Origin: Centroscyllium fabricii
Taxonomy: Eukaryota
Assembly: GCA_051313645.2 (NCBI GenBank)
Contig: JBNRSN020000029.1
Location: 10,478,001-10,542,000 of the forward strand
Reading direction: 5' to 3'
DNA: 64,000 bases
Both the position numbers and the translations under genes were made by a program. Shown here in pieces: positions 21,014-32,600 of the stretch (position 1 is its first letter; every line of letters starts with the position of its first letter). Under the pieces are notes generated by a model. It searched no databases. It saw nothing but the letters and a program-made list of their open reading frames with translations, and had not been told where the DNA came from.

Positions 21014-21967
21014 TTAGTTTAAAGACCTCTCTATTGCCCTAGTTATATGATTTGCCAGGACCCTAGTCCCAGCACGGTTCAGGTGAAGTCCGTCCCAACG
21101 GAACAGCTCCCCCCTGTCCCAGTACTGATGCCAGTGTCCCAAGAAACCAAACCCATTTTTCCCACACCAGTCTTTGAGCCACGCATTTAGCTCTCTAATT
21201 TTATTTACTCTCGCCAATTTAGCCCGTGGCTCAGGTAGTAATCCAGAGATTATTACCCTGGAGGTTCTGTTTTTTAATTTGTTCCCTAACAGCTCAAACT
21301 CCCTTAACAGAACCTCTTTCCTCGTCCTTTCTATGTCGTTGGTACCAACATGGACCACGACCACTGGATCCGCCCCCTCCCTCTGCAAATTTCTCTCCAG
21401 CCCAGCGGAGATGTCCTGAACCCTAGCACCGGGCAGGCAACACAGCCTTCGGGACTCCTTCTGTCGGCTACAGAGAACCCTATCTATCCCCCTAATAATA
21501 CTATCCCCTACCACTACAACATTTCCTCTAACTCCTCCCTCTTGAATGGCCCCCTGATCCACGGTGCTGTGGCCAGGTTGCTCATCCGTCCCACAGCCCC
21601 CGTTCCTGTCCTCACAGCGAGTAAGAGCCTCGATCTCGTTCGGCAAGTACAAGGGCTGTGGCTCCTGCCGCACCTCCTCCTGGATCCCCATACCTGCCTC
21701 GCTCATGGACACACCTTCCTGTCCTTGCTCACTAACTTCAGAATTATTTAAACTTGTTGGTGTGTCCATCTCCCGGACCAAAATATCCAGGTAATTCTCC
21801 CCCTCCCTGATGTCCCGCAGCGTATGAAGCTGGGTCTCCAGCTCATCAATACGGAGCTGGAGTTCCTCTAGCCTCAAACACTTACCGCAGGTGTAGGGAT
21901 CGACGACATCAACGGTGTGTACGTATTCCCACATCTGGCAGTATTGGCACATCACCTGCTTGCCCAT
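21014..21967 (-). CDS. CR1 ORF1: zinc finger/leucine zipper plus SGNH esterase domain
   Basis: CQYC...CGKC followed by a heptad Leu repeat. GDSIIRG, PGA, HVGTND and DGLHLN SGNH blocks. Intact 317 aa. Confidence 0.92.
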   Translation of the reverse strand: MGKQVMCQYCQMWEYVHTVDVVDPYTCGKCLRLEELQLRIDELETQLHTLRDIREGENYLDILVREMDTPTSLNNSEVSEQGQEGVSMSEAGMGIQEEVRQEPQPLYLPNEIEALTRCEDRNGGCGTDEQPGHSTVDQGAIQEGGVRGNVVVVGDSIIRGIDRVLCSRQKESRRLCCLPGARVQDISAGLERNLQREGADPVVVVHVGTNDIERTRKEVLLREFELLGNKLKNRTSRVIISGLLPEPRAKLARVNKIRELNAWLKDWCGKNGFGFLGHWHQYWDRGELFRWDGLHLNRAGTRVLANHITRAIERSLN

Positions 21968-22319
21968 CTTATATAATTAATTATTAGTTCCTAGTTAAGA
22001 ATCCTCTACCCGGATTAACTATATTGAAAACACACCCCTATTTATTTAAGCTTACCACTTATAAAACGGGGAAGTACTCACCCCAGCAGTGAATCACCTA
22101 CTAGCTTGGCTGGCTGGTGGTAAATAAGTCTGCTCAGCCTGTCCGGTCCACTGCTCCTCCGCGATGCGTGGCAAACCTGTGAACTTGTGAACAAGGGAAG
22201 GAAAGGAAGGAAAGGAAGAACAGACAGAAACACAGCAGACACCAGAAGACTCCCACTTGCCCTAACTCCCAGTGTCCAAACTCCCGTCTGCACTCTACGC
22301 CGCCGCACTCCGCGCAGAT

Positions 22320-22887
22320 GCACTAAGTCCTGCCCCTTTTATATCGGATTTTAAAATCTTATTTAGCTTTTTATTTTTAATTTCTTTTTCCCCCAAACTC
22401 TCTTATATACAGAAATGAATGCACTTCAATGCCTTTCCCAAAAAGTTCACTTTATTTCAGGAAGTACTCACTCTCACTCAGCCACCGGAGTGAATCTTTC
22501 CACGTGCAGGCGCACTAAGTCCCGCCCCTTTTATATCGGATTTTAAAATCTTATTTAGCTTTTTATTTTTAATTTCTTTTTCCCCCAAACTCTCTTATAT
22601 ACAGAAATAAATGCACTTCAATGCCTTTCCCAAAAAGTTCACTTTATTTCAGGAGGTACTCACTCTCACTCAGCCACCGGAGTGAATCTTTCCACGCGCA
22701 GGCGCACTAAGTCCCGCCCCTTTTATATCGGATTTTAAAATCTTATTTAGCTTTTTATTTTTAATTTCTTTTTCCCCCAAACTCTCTTATATACAGAAAT
22801 AAATGCACTTCAATGCCTTTCCCAAAAAGTTCACTTTATTTCAGGAAGTACTCACTCTCACTCAGCCACCGGAGTGAATCTTTCCAC
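22320..22887 (-). promoter_or_regulatory. 192-bp tandem monomers (x3) at the CR1 5' end, putative promoter
   Basis: GCACTAAGTCC recurs at 22320, 22512 and 22704. On the - strand each unit has TATAAAA-GGGGCGGGAC and an NRF1-like GCGCCTGCGC. Confidence 0.75.
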
Positions 22888-22888
22888 T

Positions 22889-23302
22889 GTCGAATGGGTC
22901 CGTCTCCTCCACGCCAACCCTCAGTACGCCTACGTGGCGTACCCTGATGGGTGGGAGGACACAGTGTCCATCAAGGATCTGGCACCCTCGGGTGCCCCCG
23001 AGACCACCATTACCCACCAGCCCGCATCCCTCCCCCCCACCGCTACCCTTGGGGCACCAGCACCACGGTGCGTCATACCCCTCGAGGCACCAGCACCACG
23101 GTACGTCCACCCGGCACCTGCAGGCAGCACGGTATGGCCCCCAAATATGTCGCTACGCACCCGCTGGCCGGACGACAAAGGGGAGAGCGCGCCAGTGACC
23201 GTACGGGACTCTGCGTCGGAACAAGCACCGCCGCCGACTCCCCCGCCAACTCTACGTCGGTCTTCAAGGCAGACCAAACCGCCCGAGAGACTGAACCTCT
23301 GA
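22889..23302 (+). pseudogene. Integrase C-terminal part of element C
   Basis: VRLLHANPQYAYVAYPDGWEDTVSIKDLAP...LRRSSRQTKPPERLNL* matches the C-terminus of element A pol. Confidence 0.9.
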
Positions 23303-23348
23303 TGGTTGCCCTAATTTACCCCGCAAGGGGTTTTAAGCAAGGGGTGAA

Positions 23349-23637
23349 TGTGGTAAACCACTGTATATATGTATATAATCACCTGCATTGTGTATAACCC
23401 CTGCTGTGCTGTACATAGCCCTTTCCACTGTGTATAGTTCACCTGTGTGTAGCTTGTCCGGGCATGCCCATGCTGACCCCGCCTGCGGCTCCTCCTCCTC
23501 GGACCCAGGTATAAAGGTAACTGCTTTCCCTCCCCCATTCATTCTGGGATCGGTCGACTAGCATGGGTATGCTCATGTCTTAGTTAATAAAAGCCTACAG
23601 TTCACTACTCAACTTCTAGTCTTTTGAAGTTGCATCA
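23349..23637 (+). repeat. 3' LTR of element C
   Basis: Copy of 13813-14110 lacking ATTGATTAG in U5. Confidence 0.95.
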
Positions 23638-26600
23638 TCCTCTACCAGTGTTCTCTCTCTGTATCCTCTATCTGTGCTCTCTCTGTATCTTCTATCTGTG
23701 TTCTCTCTGTACCTTCTATCTGTGTACTCTCTCTGTATCCTCTATCTGTGCTCTCTCTCTGTATCCTCTACCTGTGTTCTCTCTCTGTCTCCTCTATCTG
23801 TGCTCTCTCTGTATCCTCTATCTGTGTACTCTCTTTGAATCCTCTATCGGTATTCTCTCTATGTATCCTCTGCCTGCGATCTCTCTGTATCATCTATCTG
23901 TGTACTCTCTCTGTATCATCTTTCTGTGCTCTCTCTGTATCCTCCACCTGTGTTCTCTCTCTGTATCCTCAATCTGTGTTCTCCCTGTATCCTCTATCTG
24001 TGTTCTCTCTCTGTATTCTCTATCTGTGTTCTCTCTCTGTATCCTCTATCTGTATTCTCTCTTTGTATCCTCTATCTGTTCTCTATCTGTGTTCTCTCTC
24101 TCTATCCTCTATCTGTGTTCACTCACTGTATCCTCTAACTGTTCTCTCTGTATCTTCTATCTGTGTTCTCTCTCTGTATCGTCTATCTGTTCTCTCTCTC
24201 TGTATTCTCTATCTGTGTTCTCTCTCTGTATCCTCTACCTGTGTTCTCTCTCTGTACCCTCTCTCTGTGTTCTCTCTCTGTATCCTCTATCTGTGTTCTC
24301 TCTCTGTATCCTCTATCTGTGTTCTCTCTCTGTATCCTCTATCTGTGTTCTCTCTCTGTCTCCTCTATCTGTGTTCTCTCTCTCTCTATCCTCTATCTGT
24401 GTTCTCTCACTGCATCCTCTATCTGTTCTCTCATTGTATCCTCAATCTCTGTTCTCTCTCTGTATCTGCTATCTGTTCTCTTGCTCTATCCTCTATATAA
24501 TTGCTCTCTCTGTATCCTCTACCTGTGTTCTCTCTCTGTATCCTCTACCTGTATCCTCACTTTGTATCCCCTGTCTGTGTTCTCTCTGTATCCTCTATCT
24601 GTGTTCTCTCTCTGTATCCTCTATCTGTGTTCTCTCTGTATCCTCTATCTGTGTTCTCTCTCTGTATACTCTATCTGTGTTCTCTCTGTATACTCTATCT
24701 GTTCTCTCTCTGTATCCTTTAGCTGTGTTCTCTCCGTATCCTCTATCTGTGTTCTCTCTCTGTATCCTCTATATGTTTTCTCTCTCTGTATCCTCTATCT
24801 GTCTTCTCTCTGTATCCTCTATATGTGTTCTCTATTTGTATCCTCTATCTGTACTCTCTGTATCCTCTATCTGTATTCTCTCTGTATCCTCTATCTGTTC
24901 TCCCTCTGTATCCTCTATCAGTGTTCTCTCTCTGTATCCTTTATCTGTGTTCTTACTGTATCTTCTATCTGTGTTCTCTCTGTATCCTCTTTCTGTGTTC
25001 TCTCTGTATCCTCTACCTGTGTTCATGCTCTGTATCCTCTATCTGTTTTCGCTCTGTATCCTCTATCTGTGTTCTCTCTCTGTATCCTCTATCTGTGTTC
25101 TCTCTGTATCCTCTATCTGTGTTCTCTCTCTGTATCCTCTATCTGTGTTCTCTCTGTATCCTCTATCTGTGTTCTCTCTCTGTATCCTCTATCTGTTCTC
25201 TCTCTTTAACCTCTATCTTTGTTCACTCTCTGTATCCTCTATCTGTGTTCTCTCTCTGTATCCTATATGTGTGTTCTCTCTCTATCCTCTATCACTTTTC
25301 TCTCTCTGTATCCTCTATCTGTGTTCTCTCTCTGTATCCTCTATCTGTGTTCTCCCTCTGTATCCTCTATCTGTGTTCTCTCTCTGCATCCTCTATCTGT
25401 TTTCACTCTCATTGTATACCCTATCCGTGTTCTCTCTGCATCCTCTAGCTGTGTTCTCTCTCTGTATCCTCTACCTGTATCCTCTCTTTGTATCCACTGT
25501 CTGTGTTCTCTCTGTATCCTCTATATGTGTTCTCTCTCTGTATCCTCTACCTGTAACCTCTCTTTGTATCCCCTGTCTGTGTTCTCTCTGTATCCTCTAT
25601 CTGTGTTCTCTCTCTGTATCCTCTATCTGTGTTATCTCTGTATCCTCTATCTGTTCTCTCTCTGTGTCCTCTATCTGTGTTCTCTCTCTGTATCCTCTAT
25701 CTGTGTTCTCTCTCTGTATCCTCTATCTGTGTTCTCTCTCTGTATCCTCTATCTGTCTTCTCTCTGTATCCTCTATATGTGTTCTCTCTTTGTATCCTCT
25801 ATCTGTACTCTCTGTATCCTCTATCTGTGTTCTCTCTGTATCCTCTATCTGTTCTCCCTCTGTATCCTCTATCAGTGTTCTCTCTCTGTATCCTTTATCT
25901 GTGTTCTTACTGTATCTTCTATCTGTGTTCTCTCTGTATCCTCTTTCTGTGTTCTCTCTGTATCCTCTACCTGTGTTCACGCTCTGTATCCTCTATCTGT
26001 TTTCGCTCTGTATCCTCTATCTGTGTTCTCTCTCTGTATCCTCTATCTGTGTTCTCTCTGTATCCTCTATCTGTGTTCTCTCTCTGTATCCTCTATCTGT
26101 GTTCTCTCTGTATCCTCTATCTGTGTTCTCTCTCTGTATCCTCTATCTGTTCTCTCTCTTTAACCTCTATCTTTGTTCACTCTCTGTATCCTCTATCTGT
26201 GTTCTCTCTCTGTATCCTATATGTGTGTTCTCTCTCTATCCTCTATCACTGTTCTCTCTCTGTATCCTCTCTCTGTGTTCTTTCTCTGTATCCTCTATCT
26301 GTGTTCTCTCTCTGTATCCTCTATCTGTGTTCTCTCTCTGCATCCTCTATCTGTTTTCACTCTCATTGTATACCCTATCCGTGTTCTCTCTGTATCCTCT
26401 AGCTGTGTTCTCTCTCTGTATCCTCTACCTGTATCCTCTCTTTCTATCCACTGTCTGTGTTCTCTCTCTGTATCCTCTATCTGTGTTATCTCTGTATCCT
26501 CTATCTGTTCTCTCTCTGTGTCCTCTATCTGTGTTCTCTCTCTATATCCTCTATCTGTGTTCTCTCTCTGTATCCTCTATCTGTGTTCTCTCTCTGCATC

Positions 26601-29600
26601 ATCTATCTGTGTTCTCTCTCTGTATCCTCTATCTGTGTTCTCTCTCTCTATCCTCTATCTGTGTTCTCTCACTGTATCCTCTATCTGTTCTCTCATTGTA
26701 TCCTCAATCTCTGTACTCTCTCTGTATCCGCTATCTGTTCTCTCGCTGTATCCTCTATATGTGTGCTCTCTCTGTATCCTCTACCTGTGTTCTCACTCTG
26801 TATCCTCTACCTGTATGCTCTCTTTGTATCCCCTGTCTGTGTTCTCTCTGTATCCTCTATCTGTGTTCTCTCTCTGTATCCTCTATCTGTGTTCTCTCTG
26901 TATCCTCTATCTGTTCTCTCTCTGTATCTTCTATCTGTGTTCTCTCTCTGTATCCTCTATCTGTGTTCTCTCTCTGTATCCTCTATCTGTGTTCTCTCTC
27001 TGTATCCTCTATCTGTGTTCTCTCTCTGTATCCTCTATATGTGTTCTCTCTCTGTATCCTCTATCTGTGTTCTCTCTCTGTATCATCTATCTGTTCTCTC
27101 TCTGTATCCTCGATCTGTTCTCTCTCTGTATCCTCTATCGGTGTTCTCTCTCTGTATCCTCTATCTGTGTTCTCTCTGTATCGTCTATCTGTGCTCTCTG
27201 TATCATCTATCTTGGTTCTCTCTTTATCCTCTATCTGTGTTATCTCTCTGTATCCTATATGTGTGTTCTCTCTCTATCCTCTATCACTTTTCTCTCTCTG
27301 TATCCTCTATCTGTGTTCTCTCTCTTTATCCTCCATCTGTGTTCACTCTCTGTATCCTCTATCTGTATTCACTCTCTGTATCTTCTATCTGTGTTTTCTC
27401 TCTGTATCATCTATCTGTGTTCTCTCTCTGTATCGTCTATCTGTGTTCTCTCTGTATCCTCTATCTGTGTTCTGTCTCTGTATCCTCTATCTGTGTTCTC
27501 TCTCTGTATCCTCTATCTGTGTTCTCTCTCTGTATCCTCTCTCTGTGTGGCGTCTCTGTGCCCTCTATTGTGTTCTCTCTCTGTATCCTCTATCTGTGTT
27601 CTTACTGTATACACTATCTGTGTTCTCCCTCTGTATCCTCTATCTGTGTTCGCTTTGTATCCTCTATCTGTGTTCTCACTGTATCCTCTGTCTGTGGTCT
27701 CTCTCTCTCTCATCTATCTGTGTTCTCTCTTTGTATCCACTATCTTTGTTCTCTCTCTGTATCCTCTATCTGTGTTCTCTCTCTGTGTCCTCTATCTGTG
27801 TTCTCTCTGTATCCACTATCTGTTCTCTCTCTGTATCCTCTATCTGTCTTCTCTCTATGTATCCTCTATCTGTGTTCGCTCTGTATCCTCTATCTGTGTT
27901 CTTACTGTATCCTTTACCTGTGTTCTCTCTCTGTATCCGCTAACTGTGTTCTCTCTTTGTATCCTCTAACTGTGTTCTCTCTTTGTATCCTCTAACTGTG
28001 TTCTCTCTCTGTATCTTCTATCTGTCTTGTCTCTGTATCCTCTATCTGTTACTCTATGTATCCTCTACCTGTGTTCTCTCTGTATACTCTTTCTGAGTTC
28101 TCTTTGTATTCTCTACCTGTCTTCTCTCTGTATCCTCTATCTGTGTTCTCTCTCTGTATCCTCTATCTGTGTTCTCTCTCTGTATCCTCTATCTGTGTTC
28201 TCTCTGTATCCTCTATCTCTGTTTCTCTCTCTGTATCCTCTATCTGTGTTCTCTCTTTATCCTCTATCTGTGTTCTCTCTCTGTATCCTCTATATGTGTT
28301 TTCTCTCTGTATCATCTATCTGTTCTCTCTGTATCCTCTATCTGTGTTCTTTCTGCATCCTCTATCTGTTCTCCCTCTGTATCCACTATCTGTGTTCTCT
28401 CTCTGTATCTTTTATCTGTGTTCTCCCTGTATCATCTAACTGTGTTCTCTCTGTATCCTCTATCTGTGTTCTCTCTGTATCCTCTTTCTGTGTTCTCTCT
28501 GTATCCTCTATCTGTGTTCACGCTCTGTATCCTCTATCTGTGTTCGCTCTGTATCCTCTATCTGTGTTCTCTCTCTGTATCCTCTATCTGTGTTCTCTCT
28601 GTATCCTCTATCTGTGTTCTCTCTCTGTATCCTCTATCTGTGTTCTCTCTGTATCCTCTATCTGTGTTCTCTCTCTGTATCCTCTATCTGTTCTCTCTCT
28701 TTAACCTCTATCTTTGTTCACTCTCTGTATCCTCTATCGGTGTTCTCTCTCTGTATCTTCTATCTGCGTTCTGTCTCTGTATCCTCTATCTGTGTTATCT
28801 CTCTGTATCCTATATGTGTGTTCTCTCTCTATCCTCTATCACTGTTCTCTCTCTGTATCCTCTATCGGTGTTCTCTCTCTGTATCCTCTATCTGTGTTCT
28901 CCCTCTGTATCCTCTATCTGTGTTCTCTCTCTGCATCCTCTATCTGTTTTCACTCTCATTGTATACCCTATCTGTCTTCTCTCTGTATCCTCTATCTGTT
29001 TTCTCTCTCTGTATCCTCTATCTGTTCTTTCTCTTTAACCTCTATCTTTGTTCACTCTCTGTATCCTCTATCTGTGTTCTGTCTCTGTATCCTCTTTCTG
29101 TGTTCTCTCTCTGTATCCTATATGTGTGTTCTCTCTCTATCCTATATCATTATTCTCTCTCTGTATCCTCTATCGGTGTTCGCTCTCTGTATCCTCTATC
29201 TGTTTTCTCTCTGTATCCTCTATCTGTGTACTCTCTCTGTATCCTCTATCTGTTCTCTCTCTTTAACCTCTATCTGTGTTCGCACTCTGTACCCTCTATC
29301 TGTTTTCACTCTCTGTATCCTCTATCTGTGTTCTCTCTTTGTATCCTCTATCTGTGTTCTCTGTCTGTATCCTCTATCTGTGTTCTCTCTCTGTATCCTC
29401 TATCTGTGTTCTCTCTGTATCCTCTATCTGTGTTCTCTCTCATTGTATCCTCTATCTGTGTTCTCTCTATATCCTCTATCTGTGTCCTCTCTCTGTATCC
29501 TCTGTCTGTGTTCTTTCTCTGCTCCCTCTCTCTGTGTTCTTTCTCTGTTTCCTCTATCTGTGTAGTTTCTCTGCACCCTCTATCTCTGTTCTCTCTGTAT

Positions 29601-32600
29601 CCTCTATCTGTGTTCTCTCTCTGCATCCTCTATCTCTGTTATCTCTGTATCCTCTATCTGTGTCCTCTCTCTGTATCCTCTGTATTTTATCTGTCTGTAT
29701 CCTCTATCTGTTCTCTCTCTGTATCCTCTATCTATGGTCTCTCTGTATCCTCTATCTGTGTTCTCTCTCTGCATCCTCTATCTCTGTTCTCTCTGTATCC
29801 TCTGTCTGTGTCCTCTCTCTGTATCCTCTATCTGTGATCTTTCTGTATCCTCAATCTGTGTTCTCTCTCTGTATCCTCTCTCTGTTTTCTCTCTCTGTAT
29901 CCTCTATCTGTGTTCTCTCTGTATCCTCTATCTGTGTTCTCTGTCTGTATCCTCTATCTGTGTTCTCTCTCTGAATCCTCTATCTGTTTTCTCACTCTGT
30001 ATCCTCTATCTGTGTTCCCTCTCTGTATCCTCTGCCTGTGTTCTCTCTCTGTATCCTCTATCTGTGTTCTCTCTCTGTATCCTCTATCTGTGTTCTCTCT
30101 CTGTATCCTCTATCTGTGTTCTCTCTCTGTATCCTCTATCTGTGTTCGCTCTCGTTATCCTCTATCTGTGTTCTCTCTCGTTATCCTCTATCTGTGTTCT
30201 CTCTCTGTATCCTCTATCTGTGTTCTCTCTCTGTATCCTCTATCTGTTTTCTCTCTCTGTATCCTCTATCTGTTCTCTCTCTGTATCCTCTATCTTTGTT
30301 CCCTCTGTATCCTCTATCTCTGTTCTCTCTGTATCCTCTATCTGTGTTCTCTCTCTGTATCCTCTGTCTGTGTTCTCTCTCTGTATCCTTTATCTTTTCT
30401 CTCTCTGTCCTCTATCTGTGTTCTCTCTCTGTATCCTCTATCTGTGTTCTCTCTCTGTATCCTCTATCTGTGTTCTCTCTCTGTATCCTCTATCTGTGAT
30501 CTCTCTCTGTATCCTCTATCTGTGTACTCTCTCTGTATCCTCTATCTGTGTTCTCTCTCTGTATCATCTATCTGTTCTCTCTGTATCCTCTATCTGTTCT
30601 CTCTCTGTATCCTCTATCAGTGTTCTCTCTCTGTATCCTCTATCTGTGTTCTCTCTCTGTCTCCTCTATCTTTGTTCTCTCTGTATCCTCTATCTGTGTT
30701 CTCTCTCTGTATCCTCTATCTGTGTTCTCTCTCTGTATCCTCTATCTGTTCTCTCTCTGTATCTTCTATCTGTGTTCCCTCTGTATCCTCTATCTCTGTT
30801 CTCTCTGTATCCTCTATCTGTGTCCTCTCTCTGTATCCTCTATCTGTGTTCTTTCTGTATCCTCAATCTGTGTTCTCTCTCTGTATCCTCTACCTATGTT
30901 CTCTCTCTGTATCCTCAATTTGTGTTCTCCCTGTATCCTTTATTGGGTTCTCTCTCTGTATTCTCTATCTGTGTTCTATCTCTGTATCCTCTATCTGTAT
31001 TCCCTCTCTGTATCCTCTATCTGTGTGCTGTCTGTATTCTCTATCTGTATTCTCTCTTTGTATCCTCTATATATGTTCTCTCTGCATCCTCTATCTGTTT
31101 TCTCTCTCTGTATCCTCTATCTGTGTTCTCTCTGTATCCTCTATCTGTTCTCTCTCTGTATCCTCTAGCTGTGTTCTCTCCGTATCCTCTATCTGTGTTC
31201 TCTCTCTGTATCCTCTATATGTGTTCTCTCTCTGTATCCTCTATCTGTGTTCTCTCTGTATCCTCTATCTGTGTTCTCTCTCTGTATCCTCTATCTGTGT
31301 TCTCTCTCTGTATACTCTATCGGTGTTCTCTCTCTGTATCATCTACCTGTTGTGTCCCTGTATCCTCTATCTGTGTTATCTCTGTATCCTCTATCTGTGA
31401 TCTGTCTGTATCCTCTATCTGTATTCTCTCTGTATCCTCTATCTGTGTTCCCTCTGTATCCTCTATCTGTGTTCTCTCTGTATCCTCTATCTGTGTTCCC
31501 TCTCTGTATACTCTATCTGTGTTCCCTCTGTATCCTCTATCTGTATTCTCACTGAATCCTCTATCTGAGCTTCTCTCTCTGTATCCACTATCTGTGTTCT
31601 CTCTATATCCTCTATCTGTGTTCTCTCTGTATCCTCTATCTGTCTTCTCTCTCTGCATCCTCTGTAAGTGTTCCCTCTCTGTATCCTCTATCTGTGTTCT
31701 CTCTCTGTATCCTCTATCTGTGTTCTCTCTCTGTATCCTCTATCTGTGTTCTCTCTCTGTATCCTGTATCTGCGTTCTCTCTCTGTATCCTCTATCTGTG
31801 TTCTCTCTCTGTATCCTGTATCTATGTTCTCTCTCTGTATTCTCTATCTCTGTTCTCTCAGTACCCTCTACCTGTTTTCTCTCTCTGTATCCTCTATCTG
31901 TGTTCTTTCTCTGTATCCTCTATCTGTGTTCTCTCTCGCTGTATCCTCTATCTGTTTTCTCTCTGTATCCTCTATCTGTGTTCTCTCTGTATCCTCTATC
32001 TGTGTTCTTTCTCTGCACTCTCTATCTGTGTTCTCTCTCTGTATCCTCTATCTGTGTTCTCTCTGTATCCGCTTGCTGTGTTCTCTCTCTGTATCCTTTA
32101 TCTGTGTTCTCTCTCTGTGTCCTCTATCTGTGCTCTCTCTGTATCCTCTATCTGTGTTCTCTCTCTGTATCCTCTATCTGTGTTCTCTCTGAATCCTCTA
32201 GCTCTGTTCTCTCTCTGTATCCTATATCTGTGTTCTCTCCCTGTAACCTCTATCTGTGTTCTCTCTCTGTATCCTCTATCTGTGTTCTCTCTCTGTATCC
32301 TCTATCTCTGTTCTCTATGTATTCTCTATCTGTGTTCTCTTTGTATCCTCTATCTGTGTTCTCTCTGTATCCTCCATCTGTGTTCTTTCTCTGCTCCCTC
32401 TGTCTGTGTTCTCTCTCTGTTTCCTCTATCTGTGTTATTTCTCTGCACCCTCTGTCTGTGTTCTCTCTCTGTATCCTCTACCTGTGTTCTCTCTGTATCC
32501 TCCATCTGTGTTCTTTCTCTGCTCCCTCTGTCTGTGTTCTCTCTCTGTTTCCTCCATCTGTGTACTTTCTCTGCACCCTCTATCTCTGTTCTCTCTGTAT

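Larger units (their letters stand above)
17616..22888 (-). mobile_element. Full-length CR1 LINE (5' tandem monomers, ORF1, ORF2, structured 3' UTR)
   Basis: Splits the C integrase at DPLV|EWVRLLHANP with GTC overlap. (ATGACTCT)n tail. Both ORFs present. Confidence 0.94.
13813..23637 (+). mobile_element. Ty3/Gypsy LTR retrotransposon C, degenerate, interrupted by a full-length CR1
   Basis: LTRs at 13813-14110 and 23349-23637, PPT AAGCAAGGGGTGAA, perfect TSD TCCTC (13808-13812 and 23638-23642). Inserted in the first units of the satellite. Confidence 0.95.

Noticed and set aside
21014-21967. Captured host esterase or novel cargo gene
   Set aside because: An SGNH esterase domain is an established part of CR1-type ORF1 proteins.
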